From Thainema sp. (GTDB lineage Bacteria; Cyanobacteriota; Cyanobacteriia; Phormidesmidales; Phormidesmidaceae): a stretch of 64,000 bases of DNA. The position numbers were made by a program, and so were the translations under genes. Below the pieces are notes generated by a model, which saw nothing but the letters and a program-made list of their open reading frames with translations, had not been told where the DNA came from and did no database searches. The stretch is from positions 133,673 through 197,672 of the forward strand of contig JBQLZK010000004.1 of assembly GCA_052168235.1 (NCBI GenBank), read 5' to 3'. Positions 21,076-31,123 of the stretch are shown in pieces; the first letter of the stretch is position 1, and every line of letters starts with the position of its first letter.

Positions 21076-21750
21076 ATGAGTAATGCGATATCTCCTCCTG
21101 CTATTGCCATCCGCAATCTGACATTTCGCTGGAGCAATGGCAGTGAGGTATTGCATGCGTGCTCCTTGGAGGTGCCCAAGGGGCAATTTTGCATGTTACT
21201 GGGTAGCAACGGAAGCGGTAAGTCAACTTTGCTGAGACTCTTAGCTGGTTTGCTCTCGACCACGGTAGGTGAAGTACAGGTTGATGGGCCAGTTGGATTT
21301 GTCTTTCAAAATCCAGATCATCAACTGGTGATGCCTACGGTGGGTGCTGATGTCGCATTTGGACTGGTCGAAGAGAAGCTTTCGTTTCTTGAAATTCAGC
21401 AGCGGGTGGATGAGTCGCTGGATGCTGTCAACTTGGCGTTTTTGAAGCGCCGCCCGATTTATGCCCTCAGCGGTGGACAAAAGCAGCGGGTTGCGATCGC
21501 AGGTGCGATCGCACGTCATTGTCAGGTGCTTTTGCTCGATGAACCAACGGCACTGCTCGATCCGGACAGTCAATTAGATTTGGTCGCTCGCGTTCGTGAA
21601 CTGGTCAAAGAGCGTAATCTAACGGCATTGTGGGTCACGCATCGCCTAGATGAACTCGATTATTGTGATCAAGCCTATCTGCTAGAAAAAGGGAAAGTTG
21701 TTGATCATGGTGATCCGCAGCGGCTAAAGCAGCGATTGCTCAAGAGCTGA
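21076..21750 (+). CDS. ECF-type ABC transporter ATPase (EcfA/CbiO-like)
   Basis: GSNGSGKST, VFQNPDHQ, LSGGQKQR, LLLDEPT. Confidence 0.9.
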   Translation: MSNAISPPAIAIRNLTFRWSNGSEVLHACSLEVPKGQFCMLLGSNGSGKSTLLRLLAGLLSTTVGEVQVDGPVGFVFQNPDHQLVMPTVGADVAFGLVEEKLSFLEIQQRVDESLDAVNLAFLKRRPIYALSGGQKQRVAIAGAIARHCQVLLLDEPTALLDPDSQLDLVARVRELVKERNLTALWVTHRLDELDYCDQAYLLEKGKVVDHGDPQRLKQRLLKS

Positions 21751-21782
21751 GTTCAAGAGCTAGTTGAAAATTAAGTTGAAGA

Positions 21783-22712
21783 TTAAAGGGACGAGGAACG
21801 AATCTGTTGAGGTTGGGGATGATTTACTTTTAGGATCATGCCTTCTCGCGCCATCACGGCATTGGGTAGGCTGGCCTGAATGTTCATTTCGATCTGATCT
21901 AGCTGATCATCATCTTGATAAGGATCATGATAGAACAGGACTAACTTGCTAACTTCAGCGGTTTTTGCCAATGTGATGGCTGACTGCCAAACCAAATCGC
22001 TAACAGTCTGGGTCAGATTCAAATCGTAGTAGGCATGATCGGCGTAGGTGCCATCGTAGATTAAAACATCTGCAGTTTGTGCCAAATACAGCAGATTTTG
22101 ATCTACGTCTTCGGCAGCATGATTGGTATCGGTGGCATAAACCAGCGAATGATCACCCCAGGTTATTCGATAGCCTAAAGCGCTGTTTGGGCGATTGAGC
22201 GAAATAGTCTCAATCATCACATCACCAATCGACAGGACGCTTCCAGGTGAAATATTGCAGAACGATAGGTGCGATCGCATCATTTGCAGCGGCGTCGGAA
22301 AATTAGGGCGCAGCATCTGATCGGTCAGCCGCTGCTTAATCGAAGCTCCATTGGGTGCGGTGGCACCATAGATTGAAAATCGGTTGCCTTCAATAAAAGC
22401 AGGGATAAAAAAGGGGAAACCCTGAATCCGATCCCAATGGGTATGGGTAAAAAAGATGTGGGCCTCGACTGGCTGAGGTTGATTGAGCAAGTGCTTTCCT
22501 AAAACCCGTAGCCCTGTTCCACCATCAAAAATCAGCCTATGCCCGCCTACAAGTACTTCAACACAGGCCGTGTTACCGCCGTACCGGACTGTTTCAACAC
22601 CGGGGGTTGGAATACTGCCGCGCACGCCCCAAAACTGAACTGTAAAGGGAGTAGTTGAATTATTCGCTAGCGACGATGATTGTAATGCTGTAAGGGAGTC
22701 CGATCCTGCCAT
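21783..22712 (-). CDS. MBL-fold metallo-hydrolase
   Basis: FWGVRGSIP, YGGNTACV, THTHWDRIQG (variant of HxHxDH), YATDT. Confidence 0.88.
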   Translation of the reverse strand: MAGSDSLTALQSSSLANNSTTPFTVQFWGVRGSIPTPGVETVRYGGNTACVEVLVGGHRLIFDGGTGLRVLGKHLLNQPQPVEAHIFFTHTHWDRIQGFPFFIPAFIEGNRFSIYGATAPNGASIKQRLTDQMLRPNFPTPLQMMRSHLSFCNISPGSVLSIGDVMIETISLNRPNSALGYRITWGDHSLVYATDTNHAAEDVDQNLLYLAQTADVLIYDGTYADHAYYDLNLTQTVSDLVWQSAITLAKTAEVSKLVLFYHDPYQDDDQLDQIEMNIQASLPNAVMAREGMILKVNHPQPQQIRSSSL

Positions 22713-23244
22713 GTTAGATTAAGCCTAGTGAAACACGTCAGCACTACCGTTCATGCTGAAGCTGACAAATCGTACATCAATTCATTCAAGTCCGCATACA
22801 GGAAACCGATTATTTCATGAAAAACTGATACCGCAGACCTTTCACGAAATGATCCTGGGGTTTCCACTGGACTTGATATTAGTCATAGTACCCAGACTAA
22901 GCCTGGAGTTATTATTCGTTGCACCCTTAACTCGGACTTTTTACCGGAACTTGTCATTTGTTCCTGAAGAAAACCTTTAATTTCTAACTACACGGGACAA
23001 GATGCGATTCCCGGTCAAATCATAGTGAATTAGAAGAATTAAAAATAATCGGGGTTAATCTGCGATCGCGCAACTCAACTGATACTAGCATTTCTGACTC
23101 TGTACCCGGCAATACCTTTCCACCTAGTGCCGTCAGATTTTAGGCAGTTGCTGACTTGGACGGTTATTGAGATCCAAATAGTGACATAGTTCAAACTTTA
23201 AATTTTTTGTGAAGCATATTCGCTGGCATGCTTTCCTACATGAC

Positions 23245-23284
23245 AAAAAGGCCGTCTACCATCAAAACACGTGGCAAACGGCCT
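23245..23284 (-). terminator. Terminator of ppa
   Basis: AGGCCGT...ACGGCCT stem with a T-run on the minus strand. Confidence 0.6.
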
Positions 23285-23307
23285 CTTCTAATCTAAATTC
23301 GTACTAC

Positions 23308-23817
23308 TTACTTGACTGCTTTGATGCACTCGTCAATTAGAGGCTGTACGGCATCAAGGCCTTTCCAGCCCAAAATTTCGGTTACTTTCTTCTCAAGGTT
23401 TTTGTAGGTTTTAAAGAATTCAGCGATTTCATCCAGCCGATGCTGAGCGATATCATTTAGTGATTTGACATCTTTAAAGCGCGGATCTTCGGTGGGAACG
23501 CACAGCAGCTTCTCATCGCGATCGCCACCGTCAATCATTTCCAGCATGCCAATCGGACGAGCCGCAATCACGCAGCCCGGAAAGGTTGGCTGATCCATAA
23601 TCACCATACCGTCGAGCGGATCGCCATCATCGGCCAGCGTATTGGGGACAAAGCCATAGTCATAGGGATAGGCAACCGACGAAAACAGTACGCGATCTAA
23701 GATAAAAGCTCCCATGTCTTTATCAAATTCGTACTTGTTTTTGCTGCCGCCCGGAATTTCGATCAGCACATTCAGTACGCCGGGTTCTGGCTGGGCAGGA
23801 ATTCGCGATAAGTCCAC
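23308..23817 (-). CDS. ppa: Soluble inorganic pyrophosphatase
   Basis: [28 protein letters not shown]. Confidence 0.96.
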   Translation of the reverse strand: MDLSRIPAQPEPGVLNVLIEIPGGSKNKYEFDKDMGAFILDRVLFSSVAYPYDYGFVPNTLADDGDPLDGMVIMDQPTFPGCVIAARPIGMLEMIDGGDRDEKLLCVPTEDPRFKDVKSLNDIAQHRLDEIAEFFKTYKNLEKKVTEILGWKGLDAVQPLIDECIKAVK

Positions 23818-23893
23818 AACAATCCTCTCTGCGATAAATCCAAAAACAATAGGTTAAGTCATACTAAATCTGACCCAAAAGACTCCCAACACC

Positions 23894-24206
23894 GTAGGGT
23901 GGGCAGTGCCCACCAGCCCTAAATTGGTGTCATTAATGAGGAGTTACTTGCAGATTGAGTATGGGGGCTAAGTCATCTCCCCGAATAGCATTGTAGGGGA
24001 AGATGGTGAACCCCTAGCCATGCTGTTGTTGATAACTCCGGATTAGGGGTACGTTCAATCTATTTTTTATAGGTTGGTAGAGAGCTTGTGAGATTCAACA
24101 ATCCCTTAAATCGTCGGGTTTCGCGTTGCTCAACCCAACCTACACGCTACACAGCCTATCTGCAACCGTTGACGTTATGGAGGGCAAATAGCCATTTGCC
24201 CCTACC
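23894..24206. repeat. Cluster of GTAG-type REP-like palindromes between speA and ppa
   Basis: GTAGGGTGGGCAGTGCCCACC (~23894); GTCGGGTTTCGCGTTGCTCAACCCAACCTAC (~24113-24143); TTGACGTTATGGAGGGCAAATAGCCATTTGCCCCTAC (24169-24205). Confidence 0.65.
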
Positions 24207-24232
24207 AAACTTACGAGACCCAATCTATGCAG

Positions 24233-26215
24233 CTATTTATCGGTTAGATAGGTATAGCGGCTGAGGTTGTCTTCGTAGTGCTGGAGCAGCAGTTGCGATT
24301 CTTTGAGGGTGATTTGCTTATCTTGCAGCGCCCGCTCGGTTTGCAAGCGAATGCTTTCGATCAGATCATCGGTGTTGTACTGCACATAGCCCAGCACTTC
24401 TTTAATGGTGTCGCCGCGCACCACGTGCTCAATTTTGTAGCCCTTGGGCGTGAGCTGAATATGAACGGTATTGGTATCGCCGAACAGGTTGTGCAAGTTG
24501 CCCATGATTTCCTGATAGGCACCACCTAGAAATAAGCCCAGATAGTACGGCTCATCGGGTTTCAGCGGATGCAGCTCAAGCACAGGTTTCACGTCGCGCA
24601 GATCGATAAACTGATCGATTTTGCCGTCGCTATCGCAGGTTAAATCGGCCAGCGTGGCGCGACGAGTCGGTTCCTCGTCCAGCCGATGAATCGGCATGAT
24701 CGGGAAAAGCTGATCGATCGCCCAGCTATCGGGAGCCGATTGAAAAACGGACAGGTTGATGTAATAAATCGAGGCCATTTCCTGCTCTAGCTCTTGCAGC
24801 TCGTCCGGCACGTAATCCTGCTGGCGCACAATGTTCAAAATCTTTTCGCAGCAGGCCCAGTAGAGCCGCTCGGCTCGCGCCCGTTCCGCTAGCCGCAGGT
24901 AGCCGAAATTAAATAGGCTGGTGGCCTCATCTTTGAACTGAACGGCGTCGTGGAAGGTTTCCTGATAGTTGTCGCTGTTGATCAGGTGATAGGTTTCGTG
25001 CAGGTTACGAATGATCAGGTGTTCACCACCCTCCAGCGGGTTCGGTTGATAGGACACCTCACTGGCACTCAGCACATCGAACACTAAAACGGATTGGTGA
25101 GATGCGATCGCACGTCCGCTTTCGCTAATCAGGGTTGGTACAGGTAAGTTACGCTCAGCACAGACTTCTTTCACCTCGATGACTACATCATTGGCGTAGT
25201 TCTGCATACTGTAGTTTTTGGAGGCTCGAAAGTTGGTTTTCGAGCCGTCATAATCCACGCCCAAGCCGCCGCCGACATCGAGATACTGCATGTTGGCTCC
25301 CAACTGGGCCAATTCAACATAAATTTGGCAGGCTTCTCGCAGCGCGTCTTTAATCACGCTGATCGACGAGGTTTGTGAGCCAATATGAAAATGCAGCAGT
25401 TGCAGACTGTCCATCATATCTGCCGCTTGCAGCATTTCGACCGCTTGCAGCATTTCGGCAATCGTCAGGCCAAATTTAGCCCGATCGCCGACCGAGGTAC
25501 TCCACTGTCCAGTTCCCTTGGAGCTAAGCTTGGCTCGGACACCGACGACGGGACGAATATTGAGCTTTTGACTGGCTTTTAGCACCAGCTCTACCTCTTC
25601 CATCTGCTCAATCACGATGATTGAGAGATGACCCAGTCGCTGGGCCAGCATGGCAGTTTCGATATACTCCTGATCCTTGTAGCCATTGCAAATCAGCAGG
25701 CTACCCGGCTCGGTCAGTGTCGCCAGCGCAATCATCAGTTCGGGTTTGGAACCTGCTTCTAGACCAAACTGGTGCGGACGACCAAATCGAACAAAATCTT
25801 CCACCAAATGGCGCTGCTGGTTACACTTGACCGGAAAGACGCCCCGATAAATACCGTCATAGTCGTAACGTGCGATCGCTTTTGAGAAGCAGGCATTCAG
25901 GCGCTCAATCCGGTCTTCCAAAATATCCGAAAAGCGAATCAGCAAGGGCAGCGACAAATTGCGCTGCTTCAATGCTTCCACTAGATCAAACAGGTCAATC
26001 GAACCACCCCGATCGCCCTGGGGTGTAACGATCACATGACCCGTCGAGTTGATCGAAAAGTACGGTTCACCCCAGCCTTTAATCCGATACAGGGCTTCAC
26101 TTTCTTCAATTGTCCAAGCCTGCTGGGTTGATGTTTTATCGATCGCTGGAGCTGACCGCTGCCCGTTGGTCTGACTCTCTGTGCTGCCCGATTCCATGAC
26201 TGACCTTGGATTCAT
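24233..26215 (-). CDS. speA: Biosynthetic arginine decarboxylase
   Basis: FPVKCNQ, GLEAGSKPE, HFHIGSQ, DVGGGLGVDY, DLTCDSDG. Confidence 0.96.
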   Translation of the reverse strand: MNPRSVMESGSTESQTNGQRSAPAIDKTSTQQAWTIEESEALYRIKGWGEPYFSINSTGHVIVTPQGDRGGSIDLFDLVEALKQRNLSLPLLIRFSDILEDRIERLNACFSKAIARYDYDGIYRGVFPVKCNQQRHLVEDFVRFGRPHQFGLEAGSKPELMIALATLTEPGSLLICNGYKDQEYIETAMLAQRLGHLSIIVIEQMEEVELVLKASQKLNIRPVVGVRAKLSSKGTGQWSTSVGDRAKFGLTIAEMLQAVEMLQAADMMDSLQLLHFHIGSQTSSISVIKDALREACQIYVELAQLGANMQYLDVGGGLGVDYDGSKTNFRASKNYSMQNYANDVVIEVKEVCAERNLPVPTLISESGRAIASHQSVLVFDVLSASEVSYQPNPLEGGEHLIIRNLHETYHLINSDNYQETFHDAVQFKDEATSLFNFGYLRLAERARAERLYWACCEKILNIVRQQDYVPDELQELEQEMASIYYINLSVFQSAPDSWAIDQLFPIMPIHRLDEEPTRRATLADLTCDSDGKIDQFIDLRDVKPVLELHPLKPDEPYYLGLFLGGAYQEIMGNLHNLFGDTNTVHIQLTPKGYKIEHVVRGDTIKEVLGYVQYNTDDLIESIRLQTERALQDKQITLKESQLLLQHYEDNLSRYTYLTDK

Positions 26216-26254
26216 CGATCACATGCCCTCTACTTGCGTCTCACGTTTGTCTTG

Positions 26255-26416
26255 TCACATCTTGCACCTTGCCCGTTGAGAACCCGGAGAGGTTATTTTG
26301 CTGCCACATCGCGGCGGCAAAATAACCTTTTTAGATTATTGGTGCAAGATCTAGGTCTTCTCACATCTTGCACTAAAACCCAGAAGCGTTCTTGGTTTGC
26401 ACGATACAAGATATAA
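26255..26416. mobile_element. Two tandem family B MITE-like elements (one full, one centrally deleted)
   Basis: TCACATCTTGCACC...GGTGCAAGAT with inner GGTTATTTTGCTGCC/GGCGGCAAAATAACC; second copy CTCACATCTTGCACTAAAACCCAGAAG...TACAAGAT. Confidence 0.7.
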
Positions 26417-26734
26417 ATATCCAGACGCAGTCTATCGTATCTGTTTGATGATGCGTGATGGGCGAGTGCGATTGATCAGTGTAGGGGTTGGTAGCGTGGG
26501 AGAGTAGGAGGGTGGGAGAGTAGTGGATTAATTACAGATAAAGTTCCTCTGCGCCTACTTTCGTCACGGCTAAGAAGAAGAATGAAATCGCACCATTTTC
26601 CGTCACAACTTTCTCCGTAATTTCGGGTGCTTAAATATCAAGAGTTAACAGCGTACCTGTGGTATTCACGGCGGTGAAGCCAGGGTGAAATTGATACGCT
26701 GATGGAGCAATATAGGTTTCTACCCTCTAGATTC

Positions 26735-27238
26735 ATGAAAGTCGCCATCTCTACCCCCACCTCCAGTCCAAGCCGCTATGCCCCCGATTTTGAGCTGCCG
26801 GGAATTGACAACTCGGTACACCATTTGGCTCGCTATCTGGAGCGATTCCGAGCGGTTTGCGTGGTGTTTATTGACTGCCACTGTCCGATGGTGCGATCGC
26901 AGTTGGAATGGTTGAACCAAGTACAGCAGGATCTCCGCCAGCAGGGGATTGCTCTAGTTGGCATTCACTCCAATACCTATATTTCAGCTCAACTTGAACT
27001 GAATCACATGAAAGCGTTTGCCTCGGAACATCAGTTCGATTTTCCCTATCTGCATGATGCCACCCATGAAGTTGCTGAAGGTTTTGGTATTGAACCTGCT
27101 TCCCAGATCCACTTGATTGATCAAGACGGGATTCTTCGATTCAGCAGCACGCTTGAGGCAGGTAAAGAAACGGATGAAACCGTAACCTGGCTGAGTGCGT
27201 TGAAAAGTGCGATCGCACAGCTCCTCACGAAGAGTTAA
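26735..27238 (+). CDS. Redoxin/AhpC-TSA thioredoxin-fold protein (divergent)
   Basis: APDFELPGID, FIDCHCPMV, FDFPYLHD, LIDQDGILRF; start could be 26702. Confidence 0.8.
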   Translation: MKVAISTPTSSPSRYAPDFELPGIDNSVHHLARYLERFRAVCVVFIDCHCPMVRSQLEWLNQVQQDLRQQGIALVGIHSNTYISAQLELNHMKAFASEHQFDFPYLHDATHEVAEGFGIEPASQIHLIDQDGILRFSSTLEAGKETDETVTWLSALKSAIAQLLTKS

Positions 27239-27258
27239 TTAACTGATTCGCAACTCAT

Positions 27259-29145
27259 TTACAGTCTGCCAGTGACCGTGAATAAAAAGCCGTTCTCCTG
27301 GAGCGAATCGCCTTCCGAATCAATATCGGTGAGCGGAATTCCCCAGTCGAGCCGCATGGACAGCCGATCGCTGAATTGCCACAGAATACCTAGCCCAACT
27401 GACCACAGCTCATTGGGACTTGGATCATCGCGATCGCCATTGTTCCAACCGATACCGTAATCGACAAAGGGAGCAACTTGAATCAGGCTGTCCCATTCCG
27501 GAATTCGCGCAATCGGATAGCGCAGTTCAACCGACGCAAAAACGCCGTTATCGACTAATAGCTGATCTTGCCGATAGCCCCGCACGCTGCCCTGTCCGCC
27601 AACGCCAAACTGTTCAAGCGATAGCAGTGAGTCGGTTGCTAGCTGAGTGTTGATCCGAGACAGCAGCAGGGTATCTTCTCTCAACAGCCTCACCCACTGA
27701 GCTTGTCCTTGCCACGCAAAAAAGCGGCTATCCGGTTCGCCGTCATCGCTGACGCTGGCATCAAACCAGTCTGTCCCCAGGCTAAACTGCGATCGCAGGG
27801 CTAAAACCTGAGCGGAACCTCGCCTTGTCCATTCCTGTGTAAACCGCAAGGCAGACAGCCGCGTTTCCCCCTCCTCATTTGATCCAGCGATGGGAAACGC
27901 CAGTTCTTCGTCAGTGCCATCGGGCTGAAACGTGGTTTTCGAAAACCGATTGGAGAAGATTAAGCCCAAGGCAAATTCTTCACTAGGCGTTTGATAAAGT
28001 GGCTGCCGCACCGACAGTTCCCAGGTTTCAGACTCGGATTCAATATTGAGGACATCAAAATTTTCGTCAATGACTTCGCTATTGGTTGCACTGTAGAGGA
28101 TGCCAACGGTGCCATTGCGCGGGTTGAATGGCACCGTGTAGTCAAAATCCCAGGTGCTGCTGCCGTTGGTGCGACTATAGCTCGCACCAAACCCGTCACC
28201 AACGCCAAACACGTTAGCTTCCCGTACCTGAAACCGCTGTCGGAAACTGCCAACGCTGGGCGAGCGCCCGTTATCTAGCGTGCCGATCACATCAAACGTT
28301 GAGGCTGGCGTTACCTGCACGTTGAGGATACTTTCCCCGGTGCGGGTGCCTGCTGCTAACTCAACTGATAGGTTTTCAATCAGTGGGTCAAGCTGGAGGA
28401 GCTGTAAGCCCTCTAGCAAGTCATTTACATTTAGCGGGCTGCCTGCCGCCAGTCTAATGCGGCTACGCACGTAGCTAGGCTGTAGATGGTTCAGTCCTTC
28501 GACGTTGATTTCCGCCAACTCGCCTTCAATCACCTGAATGGTCACTACTCCGTCATCAATCACCTGACCAGCCGGAATAAACGCGCCAGAGGTGATATAA
28601 CCGTCATCAATGTAGCGCTGGGTAATTGCCGAGCGGACTTCCAACAGTTCAGTAAAGGTAATCGGTCGTCCTGTATAGGGCTGAGTAATATCCTGGAGTT
28701 CGTCTTCATCGTAGACGGTGCTACCAATCACCTCAAATTGACTCACCTGAATTTGATCCGGGATTTCAAGTCCAGGTTCAGTGGAGTCTGGCAAAACATC
28801 GGATGGTTCGATCAGATCAGACGGAGGTGGTAATGGCTCAGGCGTCGGAGTCGGTGTAACTTGCTCAGGAATTGGAGCTCGATCAATAGGGGGTGGGGTA
28901 ATGGCGGGTTCAATCGGAGGGGGAAGGGTCTCTTCTGGCGGAACGCGATCAATGGGTGGAGTTTGGGCTTGGGCGGCGGGCGTCAGTATGAACCAGCGTC
29001 CCCATGAGCGATATTGGTCGAGCAACTGAAGTTCGGCACTTGAAGATGAGGCTGACGGTGGATGAAGCGTACTGGCCTGTGGAGAAGGCAGAACCAAAGC
29101 CCCTAAGACAAGCGATGCGAATGCCCACGTGCGGCAATTATTCAT
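27259..29145 (-). CDS. ShlB/FhaC/HecB two-partner secretion outer-membrane transporter (TpsB)
   Basis: POTRA (YIDDGYITSGA, IQVIEG), VRGY motif, APFVDYGIGWN; start uncertain (29145 or 29217). Confidence 0.9.
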   Translation of the reverse strand: MNNCRTWAFASLVLGALVLPSPQASTLHPPSASSSSAELQLLDQYRSWGRWFILTPAAQAQTPPIDRVPPEETLPPPIEPAITPPPIDRAPIPEQVTPTPTPEPLPPPSDLIEPSDVLPDSTEPGLEIPDQIQVSQFEVIGSTVYDEDELQDITQPYTGRPITFTELLEVRSAITQRYIDDGYITSGAFIPAGQVIDDGVVTIQVIEGELAEINVEGLNHLQPSYVRSRIRLAAGSPLNVNDLLEGLQLLQLDPLIENLSVELAAGTRTGESILNVQVTPASTFDVIGTLDNGRSPSVGSFRQRFQVREANVFGVGDGFGASYSRTNGSSTWDFDYTVPFNPRNGTVGILYSATNSEVIDENFDVLNIESESETWELSVRQPLYQTPSEEFALGLIFSNRFSKTTFQPDGTDEELAFPIAGSNEEGETRLSALRFTQEWTRRGSAQVLALRSQFSLGTDWFDASVSDDGEPDSRFFAWQGQAQWVRLLREDTLLLSRINTQLATDSLLSLEQFGVGGQGSVRGYRQDQLLVDNGVFASVELRYPIARIPEWDSLIQVAPFVDYGIGWNNGDRDDPSPNELWSVGLGILWQFSDRLSMRLDWGIPLTDIDSEGDSLQENGFLFTVTGRL

Positions 29146-29376
29146 GGGAGACAAGCGTTTGGTGTTGATAATTGGTGCTGATAAAAGTCCGTGAAAGAGA
29201 CCGTTAATTTGAGCCACAATCTAACTCTTATTATTTGGTCAAAGCTTAAAATACCGCCGAATTCAGCAAACATCAAGCTAAAGTTGCGATACGTTGCGAT
29301 CGCAGCTTGCCCATAGCGCCAACTGCTGAACTTAGGCCATTCTAGGAAAGAATGACGCCATACTCCCATAGTTGAC

Positions 29377-30417
29377 ATGACTCCTGATGCTGAAATCATT
29401 GCAAATACTGACTTTAATACGACAGCTCAGACGGCAGCCCAGCAAATAACTAAACGACCCTGTTCTCTAACATTAGGCCAAAAGCGACTGCGGTTAATGG
29501 CAATTTTAGACGCAGAATTGGCCAAGCGAGCAGTATTTGAACAGCGATTGCAGCAAGATGTAGAATCCAGCTCCTCTGAATCTAATTCTGCGGCGATCTA
29601 CCAGCAGTTAATTACCAAGCAAAATCAAGTCATTGCCCGTTTGGAGCGGCGCATCACCGAGCTAACCGATCAACTGGAAGGCCCGGAATTGCGGCAGCGG
29701 CTCAAACAGGTAGAAGCAGCATTGACGCAGGCAACTCAGATGATTGAGCAACTGAAGCAAAAGCTGCAAGCTAGTGAAAGTATGAGATCGCAGGCTGAGG
29801 TGGAGATCAAGCTGCTCAATCAGCAGATGCAGGATCTGCAGGAACTCAACGACAACTACGTCAACCAAATCGCTATTTTGAGCCTGCATGAGCGCCAAAA
29901 TGATGAAGACCACGCTCATACGGTACTGGCAATTTCACGACAGCTAGCCAAACACGGCTTGAATCTTCCAGCCAAAGCCTGCATCGCAACGTTTGATTGT
30001 GATGTGCTAAACGGTGGAGCATCGTCTGAATTTGTGGCTGGTGACCGCACAGGCCACCACTATACCGATAACAATGTCGATCAAGATGTCGATAGCAATC
30101 TAGACAGTCGCAGTACAAGTGATACAAGCGGTACAAGCTATGATGATGAGCGGTTTGTCGCCGATGCTCGATTTGACCAGACCATTTTTTCTGTGCGATC
30201 GCGCCAGAATAATCAAACTCAGATCCTTTCGCTAGTGATTAACTCCATTGCACCGGATCTAGATATTGCACCCATTGAGATCAAGCTGACTGAATTCGAT
30301 CCTCAGACACAGCAGCCGATAACTAAAACGCTCAAAGGATTTGCGACCGCAAGCGCCATTACAGCGGCTGAAACCTTTGCTGCAATCCATCGCCAACTTA
30401 GCCCAGCAGAGTCATAA
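29377..30417 (+). CDS. Hypothetical protein with a long N-terminal coiled coil
   Basis: 346-aa ORF with Q/E/L heptads in about aa 40-170; no recognised family. Confidence 0.65.
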   Translation: MTPDAEIIANTDFNTTAQTAAQQITKRPCSLTLGQKRLRLMAILDAELAKRAVFEQRLQQDVESSSSESNSAAIYQQLITKQNQVIARLERRITELTDQLEGPELRQRLKQVEAALTQATQMIEQLKQKLQASESMRSQAEVEIKLLNQQMQDLQELNDNYVNQIAILSLHERQNDEDHAHTVLAISRQLAKHGLNLPAKACIATFDCDVLNGGASSEFVAGDRTGHHYTDNNVDQDVDSNLDSRSTSDTSGTSYDDERFVADARFDQTIFSVRSRQNNQTQILSLVINSIAPDLDIAPIEIKLTEFDPQTQQPITKTLKGFATASAITAAETFAAIHRQLSPAES

Positions 30418-30515
30418 ACCAAGCCACATGACTTATATTGTTTCAGCTATGGAAAATATCAGTCTATGAGAAATGTGGGAATACTAAGCTCAAGCAGGTC
30501 GTTGAGGCTAGTACG

Positions 30516-30791
30516 TTATTGCCGCCAATCCGGACAATTGCTGTCTTGTTGCCAGCCAAAAGGGTGCATGCCACAAACGAGGATGCTGCGCCGATCACGG
30601 CTAGTTCCGTAAGCAATACCATGATAATTGGCACAGCCTCGGCAAGCGGCTGGGCGGCTGGGGGTACTATTACTAAAGCCAACTTGCGATCGCAAAATCT
30701 GTTGCTTACTCTGCAATCGCTGCCAGCGTCGGTAGCTGTGCTGTCTCAGAATAGCGTTGGCTCGTCTGAAGGGATCGGTTACATCAGACAT
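30516..30791 (-). CDS. Small Cys-rich cyanobacterial hypothetical protein
   Basis: CRGCANYHG...LVCGMHPFG...CPDW putative metal-binding motif. Confidence 0.7.
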   Translation of the reverse strand: MSDVTDPFRRANAILRQHSYRRWQRLQSKQQILRSQVGFSNSTPSRPAACRGCANYHGIAYGTSRDRRSILVCGMHPFGWQQDSNCPDWRQ

Positions 30792-31123
30792 CTTGAGTAA
30801 CTATATGTAAGTGACTGTGCGTAAGTGATGGTGGGTGGCTGTAAATGAAGCGCTGAAAATGCGTCAAACTATACACTTTAGATTAACCTTTTCACTGCTA
30901 TTTTTACGATCCCAGCAGCGGTGGTGAATCCTGGAAACAGGCGCTCAGAGTCAGCCGCAATCCCGATTTAGGGCACTTATAAAGGTGTCGTGAGAACGTG
31001 TTCAGATGAAACAATCTGTTACACCATTTTCAGCATCATCTCTTTGATCAGCTTAAATCTAGCAGTGGTTTTTCAACTCAATTTTATCTGCATGTTCTAG
31101 TTTCGTAACCCTAAGAATCTACT

